Shown here piece by piece: positions 39,643 through 49,007 of a DNA stretch of 64,000 bases; position 1 is the stretch's first letter, and each line of letters opens with the position of its first letter. The stretch comes from an uncultured delta proteobacterium (lineage in GTDB: Bacteria; Desulfobacterota; Binatia; UBA9968), in assembly GCA_963727625.1 (NCBI GenBank), contig CAVSHR010000005.1:160001-224000 (forward strand), written 5' to 3'. Made by a program: the position numbers and the translations under genes. The notes under the pieces are model-generated. The model was not told where the DNA came from. It did not search any database and worked only from the letters and a program-made list of their open reading frames with translations.

Positions 39643-40986
39643 TCAGGTTCTTTCCTCGACCTCGCCGGGAAGGTAGCTTAGAATTCTTTCCTCGACCTCG
39701 CTCACGCTCTTTTCGCGCCCTTCGCGAATTTCCCAGATCGATATGATCGGAAAAAACTTGGTGAATAAAAGATAAAAAAGCGCGAATAGACCGAAACTGC
39801 CGGCAGTTTCGCCCCACTCCACCCATGTGGGCCAATAGACTCCCTCCGGAAAAGGCAGCCTAGGAAAAGATAGTGTGGGAATCACGATGATAAAGCGCTC
39901 AAGCCACATCCCAACGATGATCGCCAGCGAAGCGATCAGAACTTTGCCCACGGTGTGCTGCTTCAAGCTTACCAGGCAGATAAGCGGAACCACCAAATTG
40001 CACAACACCATCGTCCAGAAAAACGGCCAGAAAGGTCCGCTGAACTTGGCCCAAAAAACTTTCAGCTCCTCCGGTTCCGCGCCGTAATAGCCGGTGAGAT
40101 ATTCAGCGAAGGTGAAATAAAACCACAGCAGCGCCATGATCAGCAAAAGCTGTCCCAGGTAGCGGAAGTGGATAGGTTTGAGATAATATTGCAATCCGTA
40201 AGCCTTGCGAAATATAATCATCGTCACGATCAGGCCGGCAATGCCGGAGAAAATCGCGCCGACAACGAAGTAGGGCCCGAAAATGGTCGAGTGCCACGCC
40301 GGCTGCAGCGTCATCGAGAAAACGAACGACACCACCGAGTGAACCGAGATGGCGATGGGAATGACTAAGACCGCCATAACGGCGATGGCGCGGTTGAGAA
40401 CTCGATGCTGCTGCTCAGTCCCAGTCCAGCCCAGTGCCAAGACGCTGTAGAGCAACTTCCGCTTGCCGAGGCGATCGCGCAGAATGGCGATGTCGGGAAT
40501 CATCGGCAGGTAAAGATACGTCAGACTCGCGGTGAGATACGCGCTGATGCTGGTGGCGTCCCACAAGAGCGGCGACTGATAACGGCCGTGGCGCAAGACA
40601 TTCATGATGCGATCGGGCCGGCCCAAGTCGACCAGGATTTGGGCGGCGCCGATGAAGATCACCATGCAAGTGATCACTTCCGCCATGCGCGTGATCGGGC
40701 GACGCCATTCCGCTTTCGACAAGCGCAGAATCGCGGATATAAGCGTGCCGGCGTGACTGATGCCGATGAAAAAGACGAAATTGGTTACATAAAAACCCCA
40801 GCTGACCGGCTGGGCCATGCCGGTGACACCCAACCCCTGCGTAAATTGTACCGCGTAGGCGATCGCGCCCCACAAAATCAAAGCGCTCAAGCAAGCCACG
40901 GCCCAGTAGAACCCGCGCCCGGTGTACTCGATCGGCGCGAACAAGATATCTTCGTGCGCATCGCGGATCTCAGCCACCGCCTTCAC
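39643..40986 (-). CDS. NrfD/ActC/QrcD-family quinone-interacting membrane subunit
   Basis: WGFYVTNFVFFIGISHAGTLISAILRL, RPITRMAE, DLGRP, SPLLWD, PYFVVGAIFSG, GMWLERF. Confidence 0.9.
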   Translation of the reverse strand: MKAVAEIRDAHEDILFAPIEYTGRGFYWAVACLSALILWGAIAYAVQFTQGLGVTGMAQPVSWGFYVTNFVFFIGISHAGTLISAILRLSKAEWRRPITRMAEVITCMVIFIGAAQILVDLGRPDRIMNVLRHGRYQSPLLWDATSISAYLTASLTYLYLPMIPDIAILRDRLGKRKLLYSVLALGWTGTEQQHRVLNRAIAVMAVLVIPIAISVHSVVSFVFSMTLQPAWHSTIFGPYFVVGAIFSGIAGLIVTMIIFRKAYGLQYYLKPIHFRYLGQLLLIMALLWFYFTFAEYLTGYYGAEPEELKVFWAKFSGPFWPFFWTMVLCNLVVPLICLVSLKQHTVGKVLIASLAIIVGMWLERFIIVIPTLSFPRLPFPEGVYWPTWVEWGETAGSFGLFALFYLLFTKFFPIISIWEIREGREKSVSEVEERILSYLPGEVEERT

Positions 40987-41653
40987 CCTCCGTCAGATAA
41001 ATCACCTTGGGCTTGGTGCCCAACTCTTCTTGAAGTTTAAACGCCCGCGGGCTGCGCGCCAGTTGCGCGACCTCGCTCGCGGGATCGGCCAGGTCGCCGA
41101 AGACAATTGCCTTGGCAGGACACGCTTCCGCGCAGGCAGGGACGTACTCGGTTGGATCGAATTCCCGTTTTTCGGCCAGCGCCCGCTCGCGCGCCTTTTG
41201 CAAGCGGTGGTGGCAGAACGTGCACTTCTCGACGACGCCTTTCGGGCGCACGGAAACATCCGGATTTTGTCCGGGCGCTTCCTTTTGGTAGCTATACCAA
41301 TTGAAATACTTGGCGTTGTATGGACAGGCGGCCATGCAAAATCGGCAGCCGATACAACGGGCGTAAATCTGCGCGACGATGCCCTCGGGATTTCGGTAGG
41401 TGGCATAAACCGGACAGACCTTCGTGCAAGGAGGATCGTCGCACTGGAGACAGGGCCGTGGAATGAATCGCATCTTTTCGCCCTGGTGCTCATCATCGGT
41501 TTCCGTCAGCACTTGCATCCAGCTGATCACCCGGCCGCGCTTTGACTCGTCGGCACCGACCGCGGGAACGTTGTTCTCGGCCTTGCAGGCGATCACGCAG
41601 GCCTGGCATCCGGTGCAACGATCAAGATCAATCACCATACCCCACAGTGCCAC
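40970..41653 (-). CDS. 4Fe-4S dicluster subunit (NrfC/QrcC/ActB2-like)
   Basis: WGMVIDLDRCTGCQACVIAC, CLQCDDPPCTKVCP, CIGCRFCMAACPY, KCTFC..PACAEACP. Confidence 0.92.
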   Translation of the reverse strand: MALWGMVIDLDRCTGCQACVIACKAENNVPAVGADESKRGRVISWMQVLTETDDEHQGEKMRFIPRPCLQCDDPPCTKVCPVYATYRNPEGIVAQIYARCIGCRFCMAACPYNAKYFNWYSYQKEAPGQNPDVSVRPKGVVEKCTFCHHRLQKARERALAEKREFDPTEYVPACAEACPAKAIVFGDLADPASEVAQLARSPRAFKLQEELGTKPKVIYLTEGEGGG

Positions 41654-44068
41654 TTACGCCCTCCTCAATTTTACTTGCGTGTTGTTGAGCACGCCGAAGC
41701 CCCTTAAAATATCGGTCTCGTTCTCGATTAAATCGTTAGGGTTTGGCCCTTCGCCGCCGAACAATGGAATATGGACAATATCTGGAACAGTGCCGGAGTA
41801 TAATTTGGCGCGCAGTTTTATTCGGCCCTTTGCCGATTCGACCCACACCCAATCGTTCTGTTTGACACCTAGTGCCGCGGCCGTTTGGGGATGGATCTCC
41901 ACCCAACCTTCCCAGGAAGCCCGGAGGTGCACGGCTGGCTGTTCCAGCAGCCAAGGTTGGTTCTTGCCGCCGCCCATGGGCCGGCTCATCAGCCGGTAAG
42001 TATTGAGTCGAAGCGGAAACGACTCCGTTTTCTTGGCGCTCCGAATCGCCACCGCCGGCAGGTAAACTAAGTCCTCCGATTTGTCGGCGCCAAATTTCGC
42101 GAGCAGAGATTTGCGCGCATCTTGCGTCGGTGCGCGCTTGTCGAGCCATTGCTTGAGTCGCATGGAGTAAAATTCGAATTTCCCTGACGGTGTTTGCAGC
42201 AAAGCACCGCGACTCACCGGCAGGTTGCTCGGATCCCACCACGCTCCCCGCTGCAGCAAGGCATTCCAGAAAGCATTGTAGTCCTGGAATTCGGGCAGCC
42301 AGTAGCCCTGCCGCTCCAGGATCTTGCGGAGCGCTTCCTGGGAATTGACGGAAACGACGTAGCCTCGGCCGGCCTTGAAGAGCCCTTCCGCGCCTGCGTG
42401 GAGCAGTTCTTCAAAATTTTTCCACGGGAAATTTTTCGCCACCGTACCGCCGAGGGACTGCGCCAGCTGCAGGATCACGTCGGCGGTATTGCGCGACTGG
42501 TGCAGCGGCTTAGACGCAGGACGCGCGACGCTGAAACAAGTAAAGCCCGCCAGATGGTTGACCTGATCGTCTTGCCACCGCTCAAGGTAAGTCTGGTCGG
42601 GCAAAATAAGGTCCGCCATGGCGCTCGATTCGTCAAGGAAAGGTGTGAAGCTGACGATGAAAGGGATCTTCTTAAACGCCGCGGCGAATGCTTCCTTTGC
42701 CGGATGATTGGCGAGCGGGTTGGTGGCGAACAAGAATAAAGCGTTGACCGGGTAGGGCTTTCCACTCAAGATCCGTTGCGGCAAAAGCTGCGGCGCATCG
42801 TCAACCATAAAATAGTTTTTCTCGCCGGCGCCGTCGACCCGCGTCTGCGCCGCGCCTTGCCGCGCCGCCGCGTCGAGATCGAGCGCCGGTAACGGCATCA
42901 ACGGAAGTTCGCCTTGAGACCGTAATCCGCCTGTGACGCCGATGTTTCCGGCCAGGGCATTCAAGCTATGAATCGCCATGCGGGTGTAGATGTCATCGGA
43001 GCCGTAAGCCGGGCCGCGCTCGCCGATAACGATGGCGGGTTTGTTGGTCGCGAGACCGCGCGCAATTTCCAAGATGCTTTTCACCGGCACGCCGGTGGCA
43101 GCGGAGACCGTGAACAGGCCGTAATCCCTCAAGACGAGATTTTTAAAACCGAGATGCTGCTGTCCCTTGGGGTCGACCCAGTCTTCGAAGCCGAAAGTGG
43201 ATCGCTCGACGAATTTTTCGTCATAAAGCCCTTCGCGGATCAAGGCATTGGCGATGCCGAGGGCCAAGATTCCATCGGTTCCGGGGATGATGGGAATCCA
43301 CCGATCGGCCTTGATTGCCGTCGGCGAACGGCGCGGGTCGACCTGAACGAGCAAACCTCGTGGCCGATCGCCACTGCGGCGCAAGCGCGCGAACGCCTGT
43401 GATGCATGAACCGGCCCGACCCATGATTCCAGCAAGCTCGCGCCAAAGGAGAGGATGAACTGGGACTCCGCTAAATCGTAGGCGAGCGGCGTCGTCACTC
43501 CTTGCATGAGTTGATGCGCCAGCGCCGGCTTTTCCGGCGCAAAACAACGCAAGCGAATATAATTGGGCGTGCCGTAGGCTCGCGCGAATCGGTTCCACAA
43601 CTGATCGCGGTAACCGCGGTACTGCCCACCGAGGATCGCCACCGTGTGTGACAGTGCTTTCGCTCTGAGATCGGTCATACGCGCCGTGACCATGGACAAG
43701 GCCTCGTCCCAGCCAATGGAGCGGAATCGGCCCCGCTCACCGGCACGAACCAGCGGACCCTTGATACGATTGGGGTCGTAAAGAAGTTCCAGCCCGCCGA
43801 ACGCTTTAGGACAGACCGAACCGCGATTGATCGGATGAAACGGGTTTCCCGAGATTCCGCCAACTTCCCCGTCGAGCGTGCGCGCCAGCAAGCCGCAGCC
43901 ACCCGGGCACTGCTGGCAGATCGTCGGAACCACAACCTCCTCCGGCCTCGCCCACCGCTGCACGTCACCGGCGACCTGATCGACGGCAGAGAGCCGGTTT
44001 TGCATCAGAGCCGCCGCGCCCGCAGCACCGGTCAGGGTTTGAATGAATCGTCGTCGAGTAAAACGCAT
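41654..44068 (-). CDS. Molybdopterin oxidoreductase-family subunit (QrcB/ActB1/PsrA-like), Tat-exported
   Basis: TRRRF, CQQCPGGCG...CPK, GTPNYIRLRC, VDPRRSPTAIKADRW, ADLILP..YLE, VEIHP. Confidence 0.85.
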   Translation of the reverse strand: MRFTRRRFIQTLTGAAGAAALMQNRLSAVDQVAGDVQRWARPEEVVVPTICQQCPGGCGLLARTLDGEVGGISGNPFHPINRGSVCPKAFGGLELLYDPNRIKGPLVRAGERGRFRSIGWDEALSMVTARMTDLRAKALSHTVAILGGQYRGYRDQLWNRFARAYGTPNYIRLRCFAPEKPALAHQLMQGVTTPLAYDLAESQFILSFGASLLESWVGPVHASQAFARLRRSGDRPRGLLVQVDPRRSPTAIKADRWIPIIPGTDGILALGIANALIREGLYDEKFVERSTFGFEDWVDPKGQQHLGFKNLVLRDYGLFTVSAATGVPVKSILEIARGLATNKPAIVIGERGPAYGSDDIYTRMAIHSLNALAGNIGVTGGLRSQGELPLMPLPALDLDAAARQGAAQTRVDGAGEKNYFMVDDAPQLLPQRILSGKPYPVNALFLFATNPLANHPAKEAFAAAFKKIPFIVSFTPFLDESSAMADLILPDQTYLERWQDDQVNHLAGFTCFSVARPASKPLHQSRNTADVILQLAQSLGGTVAKNFPWKNFEELLHAGAEGLFKAGRGYVVSVNSQEALRKILERQGYWLPEFQDYNAFWNALLQRGAWWDPSNLPVSRGALLQTPSGKFEFYSMRLKQWLDKRAPTQDARKSLLAKFGADKSEDLVYLPAVAIRSAKKTESFPLRLNTYRLMSRPMGGGKNQPWLLEQPAVHLRASWEGWVEIHPQTAAALGVKQNDWVWVESAKGRIKLRAKLYSGTVPDIVHIPLFGGEGPNPNDLIENETDILRGFGVLNNTQVKLRRA

Positions 44069-44076
44069 CGCACGCC

Positions 44077-44649
44077 TCACCTATGGCAAGTGACACAATC
44101 GTTAACTAAGCGCTGTCGCGAAACGGCGCTCGGATGCAAAGCACCGACCTTGGCACTGGCAAATGATTTAGTCTGCGTATGACAATCTATGCAATCCGCC
44201 ATTTTGAGACTTTTAAGCGGACGGGGCGGAGGACGATCGAGGGTTTCCATGGGGCCGTGGCATGATTGGCAAGCGAGCTTGGCGACCGATACATGGACTC
44301 GATGCGAGAAAAATACATGCGAGGGTAAGCGCCATACCCGTCGCCAAGGGATTTCTTGTCCCTTTTCACCAAAGGCCTTGAGCTTACGAATCTCCGGGCT
44401 TTTGGAATCCCCGCCGGCGTGGCAGGCAAGACATAACGCCGTGGGCGGCCGCCCGGCGACAAGATCCTTTTCGGCGCGCTGATGGCAACCCGTGCATGGA
44501 ATTTTTTGCGCGATATGTGTTTTATGGGGAAACTCGATGGGCTGCTTAACGGCTGGCGCGCCCCAATCGGCTCCGTAACCGAAGGCCAACGCGACCAAGA
44601 CAATTCCAAGGATTATGATTACTCGTTTCACCCGCAATCGTGCAGCCAT
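44077..44649 (-). CDS. Pentaheme cytochrome c (ActA/QrcA-like)
   Basis: N-terminal TM, QPIEFPHKTH, 5 CxxCH, IPWRRVWRLPSHVFFSH. Confidence 0.9.
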   Translation of the reverse strand: MAARLRVKRVIIILGIVLVALAFGYGADWGAPAVKQPIEFPHKTHIAQKIPCTGCHQRAEKDLVAGRPPTALCLACHAGGDSKSPEIRKLKAFGEKGQEIPWRRVWRLPSHVFFSHRVHVSVAKLACQSCHGPMETLDRPPPRPLKSLKMADCIDCHTQTKSFASAKVGALHPSAVSRQRLVNDCVTCHR

Positions 44650-44700
44650 TAACCCGCTACTACGCTCCTTGATCACACCGGCGATTTTAGAATCGATTAC

Positions 44701-44716
44701 CGCAAGCTGTGTGCCA
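44701..44716 (-). promoter_or_regulatory. Sigma54 (-24/-12) promoter upstream of the pentaheme gene
   Basis: TGGCAC-ACAGC-TTGCG, full consensus, ~52 nt before ATG. Confidence 0.7.
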
Positions 44717-44871
44717 GGAGTCTTAGCTGGGAGATTCGTCACGAAACGGCGATTATTTCCTGGAGATAAGAAATAATCTTAAAAACAGTCGCAGGTTTTG
44801 GAACCGCAAAAGAAAAAAACCGGTGCTAGTGAGGGCTTAAGAGAGAATCGCCGATATTGCGTCTGAGAGAA

Positions 44872-44910
44872 ACCCGCATCTCTCCGGCGAACCGCTGGAC
44901 AGATGCGGGT
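44872..44910 (-). terminator. Hairpin after mtrA-mtrB-cytochrome c unit
   Basis: acccgcatct-ctccggcg-aac-cgctggac-agatgcgggt. Confidence 0.6.
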
Positions 44911-44925
44911 AAAGAAACTCGCAGG

Positions 44926-45303
44926 TTATTTAGCCGGCTTGTAAGGAGGATTGGCGATGCTACGAATATAGGCGACGACGTCCCAGATCTCTTGGTCGGT
45001 CAGCTTCTTTTTCGACGCCGGCATGAACGGCGCTTTTTTCATCGCCGCGCCGCCGTTTTTGATGATGTCAAACAAATACTTGTCGCTCAGCGCGTTCATC
45101 ACTTTGCCGTTAGTGTGATCCTGCGGTTTGGGATTCAAAGCGGCGGCGGCCGGTCCGTCGCCCTTGCCGGTAGCACCGTGACAGCCGACACAATTGGCAT
45201 CGTATTTGACTTTCCCGGCTTTAGCGTCGCCCTTCGTCTGAGCGAACGCCATACCTGAAAAAAGTGATACCACAAGCAAAGCCCAGGAAATTTTCCGGCT
45301 CAT
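44926..45303 (-). CDS. Periplasmic monoheme cytochrome c (MtoD-like position)
   Basis: Signal peptide, CVGCHGATGKGDGP, FMP. Confidence 0.9.
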   Translation of the reverse strand: MSRKISWALLVVSLFSGMAFAQTKGDAKAGKVKYDANCVGCHGATGKGDGPAAAALNPKPQDHTNGKVMNALSDKYLFDIIKNGGAAMKKAPFMPASKKKLTDQEIWDVVAYIRSIANPPYKPAK

Positions 45304-45418
45304 TACCTAAGTCTCCCTTTTTGACCGTTTAGACGAATGCACTGCAGTTTTATTCGAACTCCCCCCATACTGGATTTAACCATCAAGATTCAACTACTCG
45401 CCAGTACCTAGACAGTAA

Positions 45419-47569
45419 CTAGAACTTGAACTTCAGCCCGATCATACCGACATGAGCCGTGTACGACCCTTTGAACTGATCACCGAGATAGATCGAGCGC
45501 AGTTGGCCTGAGTTCGTATCGAGATCTCCCATCCAGAGCTTCATGATGTCGACTCCGTAGTCTTTACTGTCAAAGCGATTGAAGTAATAGCCGACTTGCA
45601 GGGCAACATTTTTGTGTATCTGATATTCGAGCCGGGCAAGCAACTCATGCCAGGAGTTGCTGTTATTGGGCCAGTTCGGGTCCTCGTTCGTGTTGTGGTT
45701 GGTGATTTGGCTCACGCCCCGTGAGAATCCATACTGGATCCGAAATCCCAGAACGTTTTTGATGAGATCCACATCGCTGCCCAGGCTAAATGTATTGACG
45801 ACATCTTTGCCACGGCTGTGACTGGGGTCGTCATCATACTTCTGGTTCCAGCTAGACCAGTCGAAATTGTAATCGGCGAAGAACTTAAGCCATTCTAGCG
45901 GAGCATAAACAGCACCTATAGAGGGGGAGTAGTTCTGATCGTTGTGTAGGCGGCGGTCGACTTCAGGATAGTTATTGCTGAGGTAATCAAATCCAGCGTG
46001 GAAGCCGAGAGTCTCCCAGGGGCTGACGTCGGCGAACAGGCTGACTTTGTCCTGATTGCGTTTCGTCAGAAAGAACATCTGGCTACGGTTCTCGCCGTGG
46101 TAGCCCGGAGCGAAGCGCCAGGAATGTTGGTAGGATGCCCTGAGCAACAACCAGGAGAGCGGCCTGATGTCAACCGTCGGCTTGATCTTGAATTCGTCCT
46201 GGTTCAGGGGCTCGGTAAAGCCTCCATCCGCAATGTCGTTTATGGACCTGTGGGTTTTCTCCCAACTAAAATCAAACTTTCCCGTAAGCCACCGAGTGAA
46301 ACTATAGCCCGCTCCGACACCGGCACTATTCTTCGAGTACCGATAAGGATAGGCCATCATCCAATCGTTAGCGCCGGAAGCGCCCTGATCATTGCGCACC
46401 GTTCCATTGGTCGAGACCGGTTTGGTGCGGTTATCCAAGTCATAGAAGCGATAGTAGGCCTTCAGGTTCAAACGGTCGACGAATTTGTTGACAAAGGTAA
46501 GGTTGACCATCGTTGGCCGGACATCCCCCTCCAGGCTATTCCGGCTCAACATCGGCTGCGGTATGGCGCTGTTAATCGTGAAAGGTAAAAAGGAATCATC
46601 CTGAAGCCTCCAGCCGTATGAAACCGTGCCCAAAAAGTGGGTCTTCAGGGGAAGCTTGGCCGTTCCGGTCAGGGTAAAAGTATGGGCCTGGTTGCTGGGA
46701 TAAAGATCGACGCGCCCACGGCAAGGCCCTGCGCCGGTGGTGTAGTCAATGACCGCGGCGTCGGTGCATCCGGGCCCCGTGGCCGCCGGATTGTCAAAAA
46801 TAAGCGTGCTAATGTTGTTGTGGAAAACCGAACCGTTGTACTTAAGCCCCAGCGACCAGCCTTTGCCGGCATACTCTCCGCCAAGCTCGATATTGTGGGT
46901 CCGGTAGTCGATCGGTTCGGCAAGCTCGGTAATGCCGCTGGAGCTGCCTGTCCCAATTGGAAATGCGATCGCTCTTTTACCGTCCGTGTTTTGCTGCCAG
47001 TATTTGCCGGTGAAGCTCCATCCTGAGTTGGGTGTGTAGCGGACCGAGATCTTGCCGATCTTATTAAGCATCTTCAGGTCAATGTCTCTTGTGGTACTGG
47101 GGTCGTTGATCCAGTTTGAGAATGTCGTTGCGTCATCCGCAGTGGGTCTGCTACGCAACGTGTAGGTACCGCCCCTCATCCGAAAGGGAGTACGGGCGTT
47201 GTCGATATTAAAGACATGCGGGATCTGGTCCCACTCGAGCTCGACATTGAAGAGCCCATACCGACCGAAGCGCAAACTATAGTTCTGATCGTCGCGGCCC
47301 ACTGAGCCGGCGTCAAATTTGAAAAAGAAGTCCTGCTTCTTACTGCCGATCATCAACTCGAGTTGGGGCACGACAACGCTTTCTGGGATATCCCGGTATC
47401 CCTGGAACCTCGACTGATCGCCTTGAAACGCCCTTGGCAGCCCATCCACCTCCGCCGAACCACTGAGCGTGTAATTGCCGATGTCGATTTCCGCCCGGGC
47501 AGCAGAGGCCGAGACCAAAACGAGCGCAAGGCTTAAACTTACAATCAAGAAACTAGCTCTCCGTTCCAT
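45419..47569 (-). CDS. mtrB: MtrB/PioB-family decaheme-associated outer-membrane beta-barrel
   Basis: 716 aa, signal peptide, LAEPIDY, PSNQAH, Q.D.FLPFTIN, terminal Phe; directly after the decaheme gene. Confidence 0.9.
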   Translation of the reverse strand: MERRASFLIVSLSLALVLVSASAARAEIDIGNYTLSGSAEVDGLPRAFQGDQSRFQGYRDIPESVVVPQLELMIGSKKQDFFFKFDAGSVGRDDQNYSLRFGRYGLFNVELEWDQIPHVFNIDNARTPFRMRGGTYTLRSRPTADDATTFSNWINDPSTTRDIDLKMLNKIGKISVRYTPNSGWSFTGKYWQQNTDGKRAIAFPIGTGSSSGITELAEPIDYRTHNIELGGEYAGKGWSLGLKYNGSVFHNNISTLIFDNPAATGPGCTDAAVIDYTTGAGPCRGRVDLYPSNQAHTFTLTGTAKLPLKTHFLGTVSYGWRLQDDSFLPFTINSAIPQPMLSRNSLEGDVRPTMVNLTFVNKFVDRLNLKAYYRFYDLDNRTKPVSTNGTVRNDQGASGANDWMMAYPYRYSKNSAGVGAGYSFTRWLTGKFDFSWEKTHRSINDIADGGFTEPLNQDEFKIKPTVDIRPLSWLLLRASYQHSWRFAPGYHGENRSQMFFLTKRNQDKVSLFADVSPWETLGFHAGFDYLSNNYPEVDRRLHNDQNYSPSIGAVYAPLEWLKFFADYNFDWSSWNQKYDDDPSHSRGKDVVNTFSLGSDVDLIKNVLGFRIQYGFSRGVSQITNHNTNEDPNWPNNSNSWHELLARLEYQIHKNVALQVGYYFNRFDSKDYGVDIMKLWMGDLDTNSGQLRSIYLGDQFKGSYTAHVGMIGLKFKF

Positions 47570-47580
47570 CTCAGACCTCC

Positions 47581-48519
47581 TTATCTCTGAAAGAACATTC
47601 CAGCCGGATGATTCGAGCCATGGATTTGGCTGTGACAGTTGGCGCAGCTCCGGTTGAAAAAGCCACGCTGGGTTTTCAGATCATTGGTTCTATGACCCGA
47701 GTGGCACTGGGTACAAAGCCTCGGCATGCGCACCTTGAGCAAACGGTCATTGACGCTGCCGTGCGGTTCGTGGCAATTGGTGCAATTATCAGAAACCGGC
47801 GGATGCTCAAAAAGAAATGGCCCGCGCCGCTCGGCGTGGCAGGTGTAACAGTTCTCGTTGACACTCGCCTGTATGAGCTGAGAAGGGTTCGGCGTTCCGT
47901 GCGGGTTATGGCAATCCGTACAGGTAATCTTTCCTTCCCTCATGGGCATGTGGGAAGAACGCATCAGCTGCGCTTTTCTCTGGAGATGACATTGGCCGCA
48001 AACCTCGGCTTCGGCCCGCTTGTTGTAGAATGGAGTCTTTTCTCCGACCTTGGCAAGCTGGTAGCGATCGGTGGTTTTTTCCATAATGGTGTGGCAATTG
48101 ACGCAGGCTATTCCCCGGCTCGCGTGCGGGCTTGCCTCCCAGTAGGTTTGGATACCGCGCTGGTGACAACCAAGACATGCTTCATTTTGGACTTTCGCCG
48201 ACTCCCCCGAGTCCTTGCGGAATGTGATCAGTCCGCCGACTCCTTTGCCGCCACCGGCCGCGACGTGGTTGCTTCCAGGACCGTGGCAGCTCTCGCACGC
48301 TTGTTTTTCCATCGCGTTACGCGGATTGTGCAGAAAAATCTTGCCCATGACGGTCTGCGAGAATTTTTCCACCTGCGCCCCGTGGCACGCTTGGCAAACT
48401 TCGCTGCCCATATAAGTAGCCGGGGCAGGCTTGGCCGCATCGGCCGAGGCCGACCACGCGAGTCGTGCGGACCCAACTAAAGATAATATAAAAATCGTGG
48501 CAATCACGGACCGCTTCAT
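47581..48519 (-). CDS. mtrA: DmsE/MtrA/PioA-family decaheme cytochrome c
   Basis: 10 CxxCH; CESCHGPGSNH, SSHMP, CHNPHG, ERRGPFLFEHPPV, CHSQIHGSNHP. Confidence 0.93.
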   Translation of the reverse strand: MKRSVIATIFILSLVGSARLAWSASADAAKPAPATYMGSEVCQACHGAQVEKFSQTVMGKIFLHNPRNAMEKQACESCHGPGSNHVAAGGGKGVGGLITFRKDSGESAKVQNEACLGCHQRGIQTYWEASPHASRGIACVNCHTIMEKTTDRYQLAKVGEKTPFYNKRAEAEVCGQCHLQRKAQLMRSSHMPMREGKITCTDCHNPHGTPNPSQLIQASVNENCYTCHAERRGPFLFEHPPVSDNCTNCHEPHGSVNDRLLKVRMPRLCTQCHSGHRTNDLKTQRGFFNRSCANCHSQIHGSNHPAGMFFQR

Positions 48520-48607
48520 GAATCCTCCGTGGCGAATTTGGCAACAAGCGTTAAACAGATGATATGCCATAGGCTTATAGCACTGAGGAAATATCCAAGT
48601 CTATGGG

Positions 48608-48901
48608 TCAACTGGCCCAATTTTCGTCACTGTCTTGCAAATTCTGACGCCACAGCTCCAACGGACAGCTCACCTGTTTTCGCACCGGACAGCCATCGAG
48701 AGTTAGAGCGTAGATCGCCGCCTCGATGCGATTGCGCAAGCGCAGTTTCCGCAGAATATTTTCCACGTGGCGCTTCACGGTGGCCGGACTGATACGCAGG
48801 TCCGAGGCGATTTCGCGATTGGTTTTGGACCGCGAGATCAACCGCAGCACGCGTCCTTCGGCCGCGGTCAGGCCCTCTACCGTGCATTTAGAAACATTCA
48901 C
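48608..48901 (-). CDS. Stand-alone LuxR-type HTH regulator
   Basis: LTAAEGRVLRLI..SKTNREIASDLRISPATVKRHVENILRKL.LRNR. Confidence 0.85.
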   Translation of the reverse strand: MNVSKCTVEGLTAAEGRVLRLISRSKTNREIASDLRISPATVKRHVENILRKLRLRNRIEAAIYALTLDGCPVRKQVSCPLELWRQNLQDSDENWAS

Positions 48902-49007
48902 AATTGGATTCCCTTACCTTTCCCGGACGATGATCCAGAGCCGCCAAACACGCCGCTCGCGGAGGGCCGAACACGAGCGGTGATCAGAAATATCGATGGA
49001 GCGAATG

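Noticed and set aside
39648-39701. 18-bp direct repeat ttctttcctcgacctcgc
   Set aside because: Small in-frame duplication (EVEER twice) in the NrfD C-terminal tail; no sign of an att site or mobility
44742-45419. GEMM/cGAMP riboswitch ahead of cytochrome genes, as in Geobacter
   Set aside because: Consensus tetraloop/receptor pattern not found by eye in these intergenic regions
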